DNA from: Candidatus Parcubacteria bacterium
GTDB lineage: Bacteria; Patescibacteriota; Minisyncoccia; Phycocordibacterales; UBA918
Assembly: GCA_046050355.1 (NCBI GenBank)
Contig: JBJOPW010000002.1
Span: forward strand, 32,001 to 96,000
DNA: 64,000 bases
Direction: 5' to 3'
A model generated the notes under the pieces. The model was not told the origin of the DNA. It did not search any database and was given only the letters and a program-made list of their open reading frames with translations. The translations under genes and the position numbers were made by a program. How positions within the stretch are numbered: the first letter of the stretch is position 1; each line of letters begins with the position of its first letter. Shown in pieces: positions 39,707 through 49,048 of this stretch.

Positions 39707-40095
39707 GAAACGCGGATGGTTGCGAATTCGAGTTGTGTAATTACCATCTCGAGTTTGAGGAAAGTCCGGACACAGCGTCAATAGAAATATTGTCGAGACA
39801 GGTAGTGGGTAATACCCATCCTGAGCAATCAGCGAGGTGCGAGCAGAGACGCCCGCGGCGAAAGCCAACGGCTACCCACCAGGGTAGAGCTTGTATGGCA
39901 ACATACAAGGTGAAACGGCTAAATCCTTACCCCTGTGCAAGGCCGTGCCGAGCACGTAGTCTGGATACATAATCTCTATGATTACATTTCAGACTACGTG
40001 CTTGGAGAGCTGCAAGAGGTGATCAGTAATGATCATCCCAGGTATATAACCATCTCGAGCCAATGGCTCGAACAGAATCCGGCTTACAGCGTATC
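39707..40095 (+). ncRNA. rnpB: RNase P RNA
   Basis: GAGGAAAGTCC, GGTGAAACGG..AAATCC..GCAAGGC, ACAGAATCCGGCTTA. Confidence 0.95.
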
Positions 40096-40167
40096 AAACA
40101 CTCCCTTAGGGGAGTTTTTGATTGCTACAATTACATCACTTTAACCATACTTTGTGTCTAGAGTTAT

Positions 40168-40205
40168 TTGACATGTAGCTACATTAGTATATTATTGTAG
40201 CTACA
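40168..40205 (+). promoter_or_regulatory. Toxin-antitoxin promoter with two palindromic operators
   Basis: TTGACA 40168-40173; TGTAGCTACA at 40174-40183 and 40196-40205. Confidence 0.75.
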
Positions 40206-40211
40206 ACTGGT

Positions 40212-40454
40212 ATGACACGAAAGCAGAAAGTATTAGAACAATTTCTGGCAGATCCAGTCCGCTGTTCACTGTCTGAGATTGAACAAATATTGTTGACTCA
40301 TGATTGCATGCGGATTACTGCCAAAGGCAGTCATGTGAAATGGAAACATTACAATCTGTCCCGAGACCTTGTTATTCCAGTACACCAAAACGACTGTAAA
40401 AATTTTTACAAAAAAGAAGCGCTGAAGTTTATAAAAGAAATTCGTAACACCTAG
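40212..40454 (+). CDS. hicA: HicA-family mRNA interferase toxin
   Basis: KGSHVKW..LVIPVH. Confidence 0.85.
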   Translation: MTRKQKVLEQFLADPVRCSLSEIEQILLTHDCMRITAKGSHVKWKHYNLSRDLVIPVHQNDCKNFYKKEALKFIKEIRNT

Positions 40455-40458
40455 AACC

Positions 40459-40776
40459 ATGACTACCGCCACTATAACTGTCCAAAACAAAAAGTATGAA
40501 TATACCCTTGCTCCCGTAAGGGGGACGGGTGACGTTGTGCGTTTTGTCTGCAAAGCGGCCAAGATTGATCAAGAGTTTCTCGCTGAGGATATTCCAGCGC
40601 TTATATTTGACCTTCCCGCCCTTATTGTGGCCGAAAAGAAACATAATGCCAGTCAATCTGAGGTGGTGCGTTTCCGCGTATCCTCCGTCGATAAGAAAAA
40701 AATTGAACAAAAAGCCATTGCTAAAGGTTATGATTCAGTTTCTGATTACTTGCGCGCTGTTGCTGTAGCACCTTAG
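40459..40776 (+). CDS. Putative antitoxin with C-terminal ribbon-helix-helix
   Basis: VVRFRVS..KKKIEQKA..GYDSVSDYLR. Confidence 0.7.
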   Translation: MTTATITVQNKKYEYTLAPVRGTGDVVRFVCKAAKIDQEFLAEDIPALIFDLPALIVAEKKHNASQSEVVRFRVSSVDKKKIEQKAIAKGYDSVSDYLRAVAVAP

Positions 40777-40895
40777 TGTAATGTTGCAAAATAGCGGTTT
40801 TCTTGTATACTGAGCCTCGCTTCTAAAAGCTAGTCGCTCGTGGCTATGGAAAACACGGCGGGTAGCGCACACGTTAATTATTTCAACAAAACATC

Positions 40896-41324
40896 ATGGC
40901 AAAGAAACTTGTAAAGAAGATCAAGGTTCAGTCAGTGGGTGGTAAGGCAACGCCAGCTCCACCACTCGGACCAGTACTCGGTCAGGCCGGTATTAATATC
41001 GGTGAGTTCGTCAATCAGTTCAATGAACAGACTCGTGGCGAGCGCATGGGTGAAGTAGTCCCAATCGAAATCTCAGTCTACGATGACCGTTCGTTTACGT
41101 TTATCCTCAAGACCTCACCAGCGTCACGCCTCATCTTGAAGAAGATGGGTAAGGATAAAGGTTCGCAAAAGCCAGGTATTCAGAGTGGTGGAACTATTAC
41201 CAAGGCGCAGATTCGCGAGATTGCCGAAATCAAGGCCGTTGATCTCACTGCCGCTTCAGTTGAAGCTGCGATGAAGAGTATTGAAGGTACAGCTCGATCA
41301 ATGGGCGTAAAAGTCGTTGACTAG
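40896..41324 (+). CDS. rplK: 50S ribosomal protein L11
   Basis: ATPAPPLGPVLGQ..GTARSMG. Confidence 0.97.
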   Translation: MAKKLVKKIKVQSVGGKATPAPPLGPVLGQAGINIGEFVNQFNEQTRGERMGEVVPIEISVYDDRSFTFILKTSPASRLILKKMGKDKGSQKPGIQSGGTITKAQIREIAEIKAVDLTAASVEAAMKSIEGTARSMGVKVVD

Positions 41325-41511
41325 TCTCATTCCTTAAACTAACAAAAGACCGGCACATTTGTGTCGGTTTTTTGTATTTGCGGTTGACGCATCCCCTCAG
41401 CTGTCCTCTCGTGTCCTGATCTTGAGGGTCTCTGTAAGAAATGGGGAAGTGAGGCGTCAAAGGGTTTGGAGCCCCAATAATGGGGTGTGTAAAAATGAAA
41501 GAGAGGCAGTC

Positions 41512-41916
41512 ATGCTAGATCAACTGTTGGCCATCAAGAAGCCGGAACTTGTCATCGTTGTTCACGATCTCGTTCCCGGTCCGTCACCTTTTTCGCGTCC
41601 TTCGCCGCGAAGTGTTTCGGCAGCGGTTGCAGACCAGCCTTCTATCTGGGGTGTTGCCAAGCGTGTGCAGATGTTGCTGGTTCCTCCGAGCGATCGAGTA
41701 ACCGGTTCGTTCACCGTCCACGAGTCTCGGCGTGTCGAAGTGAATGGTGCTGACCGATTCTACTTCATGGTCAGTGGTCACAATTTCAGCTTTCACGAAC
41801 GACTGCCGAGGCAGTTCTTCCAACCAGGTTCAGCAGCTGCCATGTTTGGACCCACCGACGGTCCAATCGTCGAAGAGATGATCCAAAAGTTCCTCGATGA
41901 GTTGCGACAGAAGTAA
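41512..41916 (+). CDS. Hypothetical protein
   Basis: GAGG RBS before ATG 41512; no family recognised. Confidence 0.5.
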   Translation: MLDQLLAIKKPELVIVVHDLVPGPSPFSRPSPRSVSAAVADQPSIWGVAKRVQMLLVPPSDRVTGSFTVHESRRVEVNGADRFYFMVSGHNFSFHERLPRQFFQPGSAAAMFGPTDGPIVEEMIQKFLDELRQK

Positions 41917-41990
41917 GTCGCCAGCCAAGGTCAGCATCGCTGACCAATCCACCCGTCCGGTTCTGTGTATCCGGGCGGTTTTGCAATCAG

Positions 41991-42506
41991 TTAATTTAGG
42001 CGTTTAAAATCAACCCACTCAAAGTTGATACCGTCATGCGTCTGCATCTCACTGGTATGTACGGGCGTAAAGCTGGTAGCAAAATCAGGGAAGATGGTAT
42101 CGCCTGGTGTATCGTCATGAAAAAAGGTGAGATGGAGGAAGTCGGTGTAGGGGAGTGCCAGGCGATAGAGCTCAGCGCCACCACCGATGTGGATCTCGGA
42201 CGGATTCTCCTCCGCTGCCAAGGCAAAAGCCGTTTCCAAATCATTGGCGACGAGCACACCTTGGGGCGCCGGATATGTTGTGTCTCTCGTGACCACAATG
42301 TTCGTCCGTCCTGGTAGTGGTTTGCCGAGAATTGCCACTATCGATTCAAAGGTCTTCCGACCCATAATCACCGGCTTGCCGAGGGTGAGTTCCTTAAACC
42401 GCTTCATATCAGCTGGTACATGCCACAAAAGACCATTGTCTTGGCCAATAGCGCGGGTGCTTTTGCCCATACTGGCTACAATAACGATAGGGATATTTCT
42501 ATACAT
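41991..42506 (-). CDS. folA: Dihydrofolate reductase
   Basis: IGQDNGLLWHVPADMKRFK, IMGRKTFESI, PLPGRTN, IGGGAELY. Confidence 0.96.
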   Translation of the reverse strand: MYRNIPIVIVASMGKSTRAIGQDNGLLWHVPADMKRFKELTLGKPVIMGRKTFESIVAILGKPLPGRTNIVVTRDTTYPAPQGVLVANDLETAFALAAEENPSEIHIGGGAELYRLALPYTDFLHLTFFHDDTPGDTIFPDFATSFTPVHTSEMQTHDGINFEWVDFKRLN

Positions 42507-42603
42507 AATACTATTATGACATGTTCAAAGGCGGCTGTCTTTTGGTGGTCTTTGTTGCGTAATGGTACACTTATGGTCACTAATCACTAAGAACTACAAA
42601 CTT

Positions 42604-43278
42604 ATGGCTCATTATGAAATCGAAATTAAGAGTTTGCTTGGTACACCGGAGCGTGCAGCTGAGATTAAATCAAAAATGGCGACCGCTGACCCAAGTTTAA
42701 AACTCACTTCAGAAAACACCCAGCTCAATCACTATTTTGAAGGTGGCGATATAAAAGTGCTGGCTTCCAGTGTCGAACACCTATTTTTAGTCGATATATT
42801 TGCTAAACTGACGAAGATTGTTTCTATTGGCAAAAACTTCTCTGTCCGGACACGGCAACGAGACGAGGAAGTCCTGTTGGTGATAAAAGCTTCGATTGAT
42901 TCAGGTACAAGTGAGAATACAGTTTCGCGGTTAGAGTTTGAGGAACCAGTTGTATTGAGTCTCGAGGAACTAGACGTTTTGGTCTTATCTGCCGGCTACA
43001 CGTATCAAGCTAAATGGTCTCGCACTCGCGAAGAATATGCATACAAAGGGATCAATGTCTGTTTCGATAAAAATGCTGGTTATGGATATGTGGCTGAATT
43101 TGAGAAAATTCTCCACGATGAATCAGAACTGTCAGCTGCACGTCAAGAACTTGATGAGCTAATGGGTGAGTTGGGAGTAGAAGAGTTATCGCAAGAGCGT
43201 TTGGCACGAATGTTTGCTCACTATAATACTAACTGGTCTCAGTACTACGGAACTGATAAAATATTTATCATAGAATAA
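42604..43278 (+). CDS. CYTH-domain (triphosphate tunnel) protein
   Basis: YEIEIKS (ExExK), YGYVAEFE. Confidence 0.8.
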   Translation: MAHYEIEIKSLLGTPERAAEIKSKMATADPSLKLTSENTQLNHYFEGGDIKVLASSVEHLFLVDIFAKLTKIVSIGKNFSVRTRQRDEEVLLVIKASIDSGTSENTVSRLEFEEPVVLSLEELDVLVLSAGYTYQAKWSRTREEYAYKGINVCFDKNAGYGYVAEFEKILHDESELSAARQELDELMGELGVEELSQERLARMFAHYNTNWSQYYGTDKIFIIE

Positions 43279-43286
43279 TTCGTTAT

Positions 43287-43847
43287 ATGTTTCTGTCAGA
43301 TAAAGATATTTTAGCGGAGGTTAAGGCTGGTAATATTACCCTCGAACCATTTGTGCAAAAACAATTACAACCGGCTACCTACGATATTCGGTTAGGTAAT
43401 ACATTTATTGTCAATGATGCTCACTCAACTAAAGCCATCGATCCTGTTAAAGGAATTTTTCCTAAGACACAAACAATTGAGGTAGCTGATGGTGGTGAGT
43501 TTGTACTTCATCCCGGAGTGAGTATCCTTGGCTACTCAAAAGAACGGTTTGGTTCCGATAGCTATTTGATTGAAGTAAATGGTAAGTCGAGCCTTGCGCG
43601 CATTGGTCTTATCGTTCACAACTCAGCTAGTATCGTAAACCCAGGTCATTATCTACAAATCGCCCTTGAGCTTTGCAATCTCAACAATGTGCCAATCATT
43701 CTTCGACCTGGAATGCTTATCGCTCAACTCTCGTTTTCAACTCTCAGTTCACACACGAATAAGACCTACGGTGAGACAGGTCGCTATCACGAAAACAACA
43801 TTGTAGGGTATGTTCCACCGAAGACAAAGAAGTCGACCAAAAAATAG
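43287..43847 (+). CDS. dcd: dCTP deaminase
   Basis: LSDKDI, QPATYDIRLG, GKSSLARIGL. Confidence 0.93.
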   Translation: MFLSDKDILAEVKAGNITLEPFVQKQLQPATYDIRLGNTFIVNDAHSTKAIDPVKGIFPKTQTIEVADGGEFVLHPGVSILGYSKERFGSDSYLIEVNGKSSLARIGLIVHNSASIVNPGHYLQIALELCNLNNVPIILRPGMLIAQLSFSTLSSHTNKTYGETGRYHENNIVGYVPPKTKKSTKK

Positions 43848-43873
43848 TAGCACTTTAAATACATTATTATATT

Positions 43874-44887
43874 ATGTCAACCAAACACCCAGAGTACCAA
43901 TACCTTGATCTGTGTCGGGATATTTTAGAAAATGGAGCTGATAAAGAGTTGTTTTTCAATCAAGTCGTATTGGATGAATACAAAACTAAGGGCGAGGAAC
44001 CTCCGTTTATTCGTTCAGTTTTTGGAAGACAAATCCGTTTTGATTTATCTAAAGGTTTTCCATTGTTAACTACTAAAAGAACTTTTTGGCGTGGGATTAC
44101 TACAGAACTTATTTGGTTTCTGAGTGGCAGTTCAAATATCCGACCGCTACTTGAGGTCAATAATCATATCTGGGATGAATGGGCATGGAAAATGTATCAT
44201 ATGTGGGCTTTGGAACACGCTCCAAATGAAGATTTATCACAAGAAGATTTTATTCAAAAATTAACTGATTTACCAGCCGATGATCCATTTGTACAGAGAT
44301 GGGGAGATCTCATTACAATTTATGGTCGCATGTGGCGTCGTTGGCCAGCAAAAGACGGACGTGAGATAGATCAGCTGGCGTGGGTAATTGAAGGGCTAAA
44401 GAAAAAGCCCGATCGAAAATCTTATGTCGTGAGCGCTTGGAACCCCGACTTCATTTATGAAATGGCATCTGAGGGGCAGAAATCTCACGTACCGCCGTTC
44501 TGCCACACCATGTTTCAGTTTCAGGTTGCAGATGGAAAATTAAATCTCGGACTGTATCAACGGTCGGCCGACTTATTCCTTGGTGTGCCATTTAATATTG
44601 CCAGTTATGCCTTATTACTTGAAATGGTTGCTCAAATTGTAAATATTCCAGCTGGAGAGTTCGTACATACTTTCGGTGATGTTCATATTTACAGTAATCA
44701 TTTTGATCAAGTAAAAGAGCAGCTTACTCGTGAACCGTATAAGTTTCCAACCTTGTCACTTAATAAGAGTGTAACTAATATTGATGATTTCAAACTTGAC
44801 GATATCATCCTCAATGATTATCAAGCACACCCGTTGCTTAAGGGCGAAATAGCTAATATTGGTGGTTTTGACGAAAAGAAGAAATAA
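43874..44887 (+). CDS. thyA: Thymidylate synthase
   Basis: FPLLTTK, ELIWFL, PPFCH, YQRSADLFLGVPFNIASY. Confidence 0.97.
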   Translation: MSTKHPEYQYLDLCRDILENGADKELFFNQVVLDEYKTKGEEPPFIRSVFGRQIRFDLSKGFPLLTTKRTFWRGITTELIWFLSGSSNIRPLLEVNNHIWDEWAWKMYHMWALEHAPNEDLSQEDFIQKLTDLPADDPFVQRWGDLITIYGRMWRRWPAKDGREIDQLAWVIEGLKKKPDRKSYVVSAWNPDFIYEMASEGQKSHVPPFCHTMFQFQVADGKLNLGLYQRSADLFLGVPFNIASYALLLEMVAQIVNIPAGEFVHTFGDVHIYSNHFDQVKEQLTREPYKFPTLSLNKSVTNIDDFKLDDIILNDYQAHPLLKGEIANIGGFDEKKK

Positions 44888-44898
44888 TTCGAATCAGT

Positions 44899-45585
44899 AT
44901 GGAAAAAGCAAAATTAATTGTGGTCGACGGCGGAGCCAATATTGGTAAGGCGACGCAGGCCGATATGCTCATGAATCGTCTTATCAATGAGGGGTACCAG
45001 GTCGGAAAGATGGATTTCCCACGTTACAACCAAAACACTATCGGACACTTCATTAACGAGTTTATTGATAGTGATAGTCCGTCGCTCGCAACCTTGCCAC
45101 CAAAGTGTTTTGCTGTTCTCTTTGCGGCTGACCGCTACGAATCAAAAAAGCAGATTGAAGAGTGGGTGGCCGAAGGTCGGGTGATTATCTTCGACCGCTA
45201 TGTGAGCGCCTCGATGTTGCACCAAGGGAGCAAGATTGCCGATATCGACCAACGTGAAGAATTTCTCCGCTGGGTAGAGCATGTTGAGTACGAAATCTTT
45301 GGGATGCCACGACCGGATTTGACCGTCTATCTTGATGTGCCGCCAAACGAAAGCGACAAGCTCCTCGGCTATGTGGAGGAACTTGGCGTAAAAGTGGTCA
45401 ATGACGAAAGTAAGGCAAAGATTGACCAAGCCAAAGTCTCAGACTGTGCCAAGTATCTTGCTGCCATCAATCACAACTGGGTGACAGTACCGTGTCTTGA
45501 GGGAGGGGAACTCCGTAACCGTGATGCGATTCACGAAGAAGTGTATACCGCAGTAAAGTCCAAATTACTCACTACACCAGCCTAA
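44899..45585 (+). CDS. tmk: Thymidylate kinase
   Basis: DGGANIGKATQ, FAADR, DRYVSAS, PDLTVYLD. Confidence 0.88.
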   Translation: MEKAKLIVVDGGANIGKATQADMLMNRLINEGYQVGKMDFPRYNQNTIGHFINEFIDSDSPSLATLPPKCFAVLFAADRYESKKQIEEWVAEGRVIIFDRYVSASMLHQGSKIADIDQREEFLRWVEHVEYEIFGMPRPDLTVYLDVPPNESDKLLGYVEELGVKVVNDESKAKIDQAKVSDCAKYLAAINHNWVTVPCLEGGELRNRDAIHEEVYTAVKSKLLTTPA

Positions 45586-45604
45586 ATATCGGACTGGTAT
45601 AGGG

Positions 45605-45976
45605 TTAGTACATTGCGGTGCGAACACGATTCACCACCTCTTTGGGTTCGACATTGGCTTTGACAATGTAGTCTTCTGGCTTGAGCGACACCGCCTCGTA
45701 GACATTGACTGGGTCACTGAAGTTGGTGAGGTAGATGACTTTGGCCGTTCGCCCCCACTCATCTTCGCGGATTTTTTTCATGGCTTCATAGCCGTCCATG
45801 TTGGGCATGTCGATGTCCATGAGGATAATTGATGGATGATGTTCGAGCGCCAGGGCGATAGCCTCGTTGCCGTCTTTGGCGATGATCACGTTGATACCCG
45901 CTTCGCTGAAGGCAAAGCGATACATCTCACGGAGCACCATGTCGTCGTCAACAAGTAAAATAGATTTTTGATCCAT
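45605..45976 (-). CDS. Single-domain response regulator
   Basis: LLVDDD, ILMDIDMPNMDG. Confidence 0.9.
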   Translation of the reverse strand: MDQKSILLVDDDMVLREMYRFAFSEAGINVIIAKDGNEAIALALEHHPSIILMDIDMPNMDGYEAMKKIREDEWGRTAKVIYLTNFSDPVNVYEAVSLKPEDYIVKANVEPKEVVNRVRTAMY

Positions 45977-46136
45977 GTTGACAGTATAGCACTGCCGTAG
46001 GCTGGTGGGTAGCCGGCCCCTAGATTTGGCCTCACCGCCAATAATCTTGTATACTGGAGCTACTAATATTCTTTGGCTTATGATCTAAGTTTCTGCGACA
46101 TTGATGAGGAGATTACTGATATTTAATTCTTTAAAC

Positions 46137-47405
46137 ATGGAACACTATTCATTCATCAAAGCGCAGGATCCGGAATTATATGCCGCTCTTATGGGCGAAG
46201 AAGCGCGTGAAGCCCGTGGGGTAGAGCTCATCCCGAGTGAGAACTACGTCTCACGAGCGGTACTTGAGGCCAATGGCTCAGTCTTTACAAACAAATACTC
46301 AGAAGGGTATCCCGGAAAGCGTTACTACGGCGGACAAGAGTACACTGATATCGCGGAGACGCTCGCGATTGAACGTGCTAAAGAGCTCTTTAAGGCCAAA
46401 TATGCGAATGTTCAGCCACTTGGTGGTGCGGCGGCGAATGTCGCGATGTACTTTGCCCTCATGGAGCCAGGCGACACGGTCCTCGGGATGGATCTCTCAC
46501 ACGGCGGACACCTGACGCACGGACACCCAACCACCGCCATTAACAAAGTCTTTAACTTTGTCCGGTACAAGATGAAAGACGTTGATACGGGTGAAATTGA
46601 TTACGAGGAACTCCGTCGAGTCGCCCTTGAGCACAAGCCAAAAATTATCCTCGCGGGCTTCTCAGCGTACAGTCGTGAGCTTGATTATGAAAAGTTTGTC
46701 GCAATTGCGCGGGAAGTGGGAGCGTACACAGTGGCTGATATGGCGCATATTGCTGGACTCATTGCTGGTGGGGTAGCCAAAAACCCATTTGATTATGGTT
46801 TTGATGTGATCACCACTACCACCCACAAGACGCTCCGTGGTCCGCGGGGAGGCATGATTCTTGTACGTGAGAGCGAAGAGATTGCGAAGAGAATCAACAA
46901 AGCGGTCTTCCCGGGGATGCAGGGAGGTCCACATATGCACATCATTGCCGCGAAAGCGGTGGCCTTTGGTGAAGCCCTCACACCAGCTTTTAAGGTGTAT
47001 GCTGCCCAGATCCTCAAAAACGCCAAAGCGATGGAAGCGGTCTTCAAAGCGGAAAACATTCGCCTCCTCTGCGGCGGGACGGACAACCATCTCCTTGTCG
47101 CCGACGTATTTGGTAGTCTTGGGGTTACCGGCCAGCAGGCAGAGACGGTCCTTGATGAGGTGGGTATTACCCTTAACAAAAATATGATTGCGGACGACAC
47201 CCGTAGTGCGATGGATCCGTCTGGTATCCGCTTTGGGACACCAGCGATGACTACCCGTGGGATGAAAGAAGGGGAAGCGACCAAGCTTGCGGAGATCATG
47301 ATCACCGCCATGCGGGCTAAAGACGATAGTGCGAAGAAAGCAGAACTCCAGAAAGAGGTACAGGCGCTGTGTGAGGCTTTCCCAGTCCCAGAGAAAATGG
47401 TTTAA
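46137..47405 (+). CDS. glyA: Serine hydroxymethyltransferase
   Basis: LIPSENY, EGYPGKRYYGG, TTTHKTLRGPRGG. Confidence 0.97.
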   Translation: MEHYSFIKAQDPELYAALMGEEAREARGVELIPSENYVSRAVLEANGSVFTNKYSEGYPGKRYYGGQEYTDIAETLAIERAKELFKAKYANVQPLGGAAANVAMYFALMEPGDTVLGMDLSHGGHLTHGHPTTAINKVFNFVRYKMKDVDTGEIDYEELRRVALEHKPKIILAGFSAYSRELDYEKFVAIAREVGAYTVADMAHIAGLIAGGVAKNPFDYGFDVITTTTHKTLRGPRGGMILVRESEEIAKRINKAVFPGMQGGPHMHIIAAKAVAFGEALTPAFKVYAAQILKNAKAMEAVFKAENIRLLCGGTDNHLLVADVFGSLGVTGQQAETVLDEVGITLNKNMIADDTRSAMDPSGIRFGTPAMTTRGMKEGEATKLAEIMITAMRAKDDSAKKAELQKEVQALCEAFPVPEKMV

Positions 47406-47600
47406 ATCTAGTTTTGAAAAGCAATCGCCGGTCAATTGGCCGGCGATTGCTTTTTTATTTCAAATGTGTCATAATACATCTGACGCGGAATTGCAACAAC
47501 CCGTCATCTGTCCCTGTTGCACACTGCCTATGGCACCGCCCGACCGTCTCCTTTGCAGGATCGACGTCGGGCGGCTTTTTTCATCTGCTACAATATTGGT

Positions 47601-48692
47601 ATGGACGATGAGCGTGAACCATTTTTTCATCGACTGCGACGCACTATTCGACACCACTGGCTAACACTGGCCTTTGTCTGTGGGTTCATTACCGACTTCC
47701 TTCTCCTTAATCGTGTTGACGATGCAATTGATAATGCAATTCTCTCAGCATACGTGGTGCTCGCAACTGTTTCACTTTTACTCTTTTATGCGGGGATTGC
47801 GCAGCGCTTCGGTTATGTGTGGTCACCGCGGGTACAACGGGGTGCAAGTATGGTGATGCAGTATGCGTACGGCGGTCTTTTTTCCGGCATGCTCATTTTC
47901 TACGGCAAGAGTGGCGCGATTCTTTCGAGTTGGCCGTTCCTGTTTCTCATCATCATTGCCATTCTCGGTAATGAGCTAATAAAGAATCGCGGGCAGCAGC
48001 TCGTCTTTAATCTCTTTGCCTACTTTGTGGGGCTATTTTCGTTTGCTGTACTCCAGGTACCGGTCCTCAGTGGACACATGGGGGGATGGGTCTTCTTCGG
48101 CTCAGGACTCTTGGCCCTCATTGGTGTTTACATTGTCATTCAACTCCTTACCTTCATTATTCCAAACTACCTCCTCCTTGAGATGCGGAAGATCGTTTTT
48201 ATTATTCTCAGTACCTTTGTGATCTTTCAAGGTTTATATCTCACGAACATCATTCCGCCGATTCCACTCTCCTTAAAAGAAATAACTATCGCTCAATCAG
48301 TTGTAAAAGTGGGGAGTGACTACGAGGTCGTCTATGAACCAGCCCCGTGGTGGCAGTTCTGGGTCCGAGTACACGAGACCTTTCACCCTGCGACTGGCTC
48401 TGTCGCTTGCTTCACCCGCGTCTTTGCTCCGACCAAACTCACTACCGAAATAGAGCATGTTTGGGAGTACAAAGACCCCAAGACCGGCAAGTGGGTGCAT
48501 CATTTTAGTTTACCGTTCGCAATTGTGGGTGGGGGAGATAATGGCTACCGGGGCTTCACCGCTATCTCGAGTTACCAAGATGGTACCTGGCGCTGCCGGG
48601 TGACCACGAAGCGGGGGCAAGTTATTGGCCAGCAGGTCTTTACGATTGATTCGAGTACTAAGCCAACCCGTACCGAGCGGAGGGTTGAATAA
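47601..48692 (+). CDS. DUF2914-domain membrane protein
   Basis: Multiple TMs + C-terminal FAPT..H.W..GYRG..G.WR. Confidence 0.8.
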   Translation: MDDEREPFFHRLRRTIRHHWLTLAFVCGFITDFLLLNRVDDAIDNAILSAYVVLATVSLLLFYAGIAQRFGYVWSPRVQRGASMVMQYAYGGLFSGMLIFYGKSGAILSSWPFLFLIIIAILGNELIKNRGQQLVFNLFAYFVGLFSFAVLQVPVLSGHMGGWVFFGSGLLALIGVYIVIQLLTFIIPNYLLLEMRKIVFIILSTFVIFQGLYLTNIIPPIPLSLKEITIAQSVVKVGSDYEVVYEPAPWWQFWVRVHETFHPATGSVACFTRVFAPTKLTTEIEHVWEYKDPKTGKWVHHFSLPFAIVGGGDNGYRGFTAISSYQDGTWRCRVTTKRGQVIGQQVFTIDSSTKPTRTERRVE

Positions 48693-48762
48693 ATTATAAT
48701 AGTGTGGTATGGTTCTTGTCCGCTAACAGGGCGGAAGTACCAAAAAAGAGGGACTAACTTTA

Positions 48763-48945
48763 ATGCAAAGCAGTCAAGATACCACCCGAATGCCGCGTCG
48801 CATTTCGAACATGATGGCGAATGCTATCGTGGGCTCGGCAAAAGCGTTCAAAGGGCGCGAAGCCGTTGGACGGGGCGGAAAGCCGTTCAAGAAACCCGGC
48901 CAGGTCAAGGTGGTGAAGAAAACCAAAAGGGGACAGATCCAATAA
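48763..48945 (+). CDS. Small basic protein
   Basis: GAGGG RBS, Lys/Arg-rich 60 aa ORF. Confidence 0.45.
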   Translation: MQSSQDTTRMPRRISNMMANAIVGSAKAFKGREAVGRGGKPFKKPGQVKVVKKTKRGQIQ

Positions 48946-49048
48946 GAGGCAAGAGCAGGGAGCGGCCAAGCTGGCCCTCCCGACTCATCCATATACGCAC
49001 GACCGTCCGGTCGGGCGTTTTTTCATTTTTCTGCTATAGTGTGCCCAT

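Noticed and set aside
46040-46130. Purine or ZTP riboswitch upstream of glyA
   Set aside because: Only a GTTTCT fragment; the conserved core and stems could not be built.
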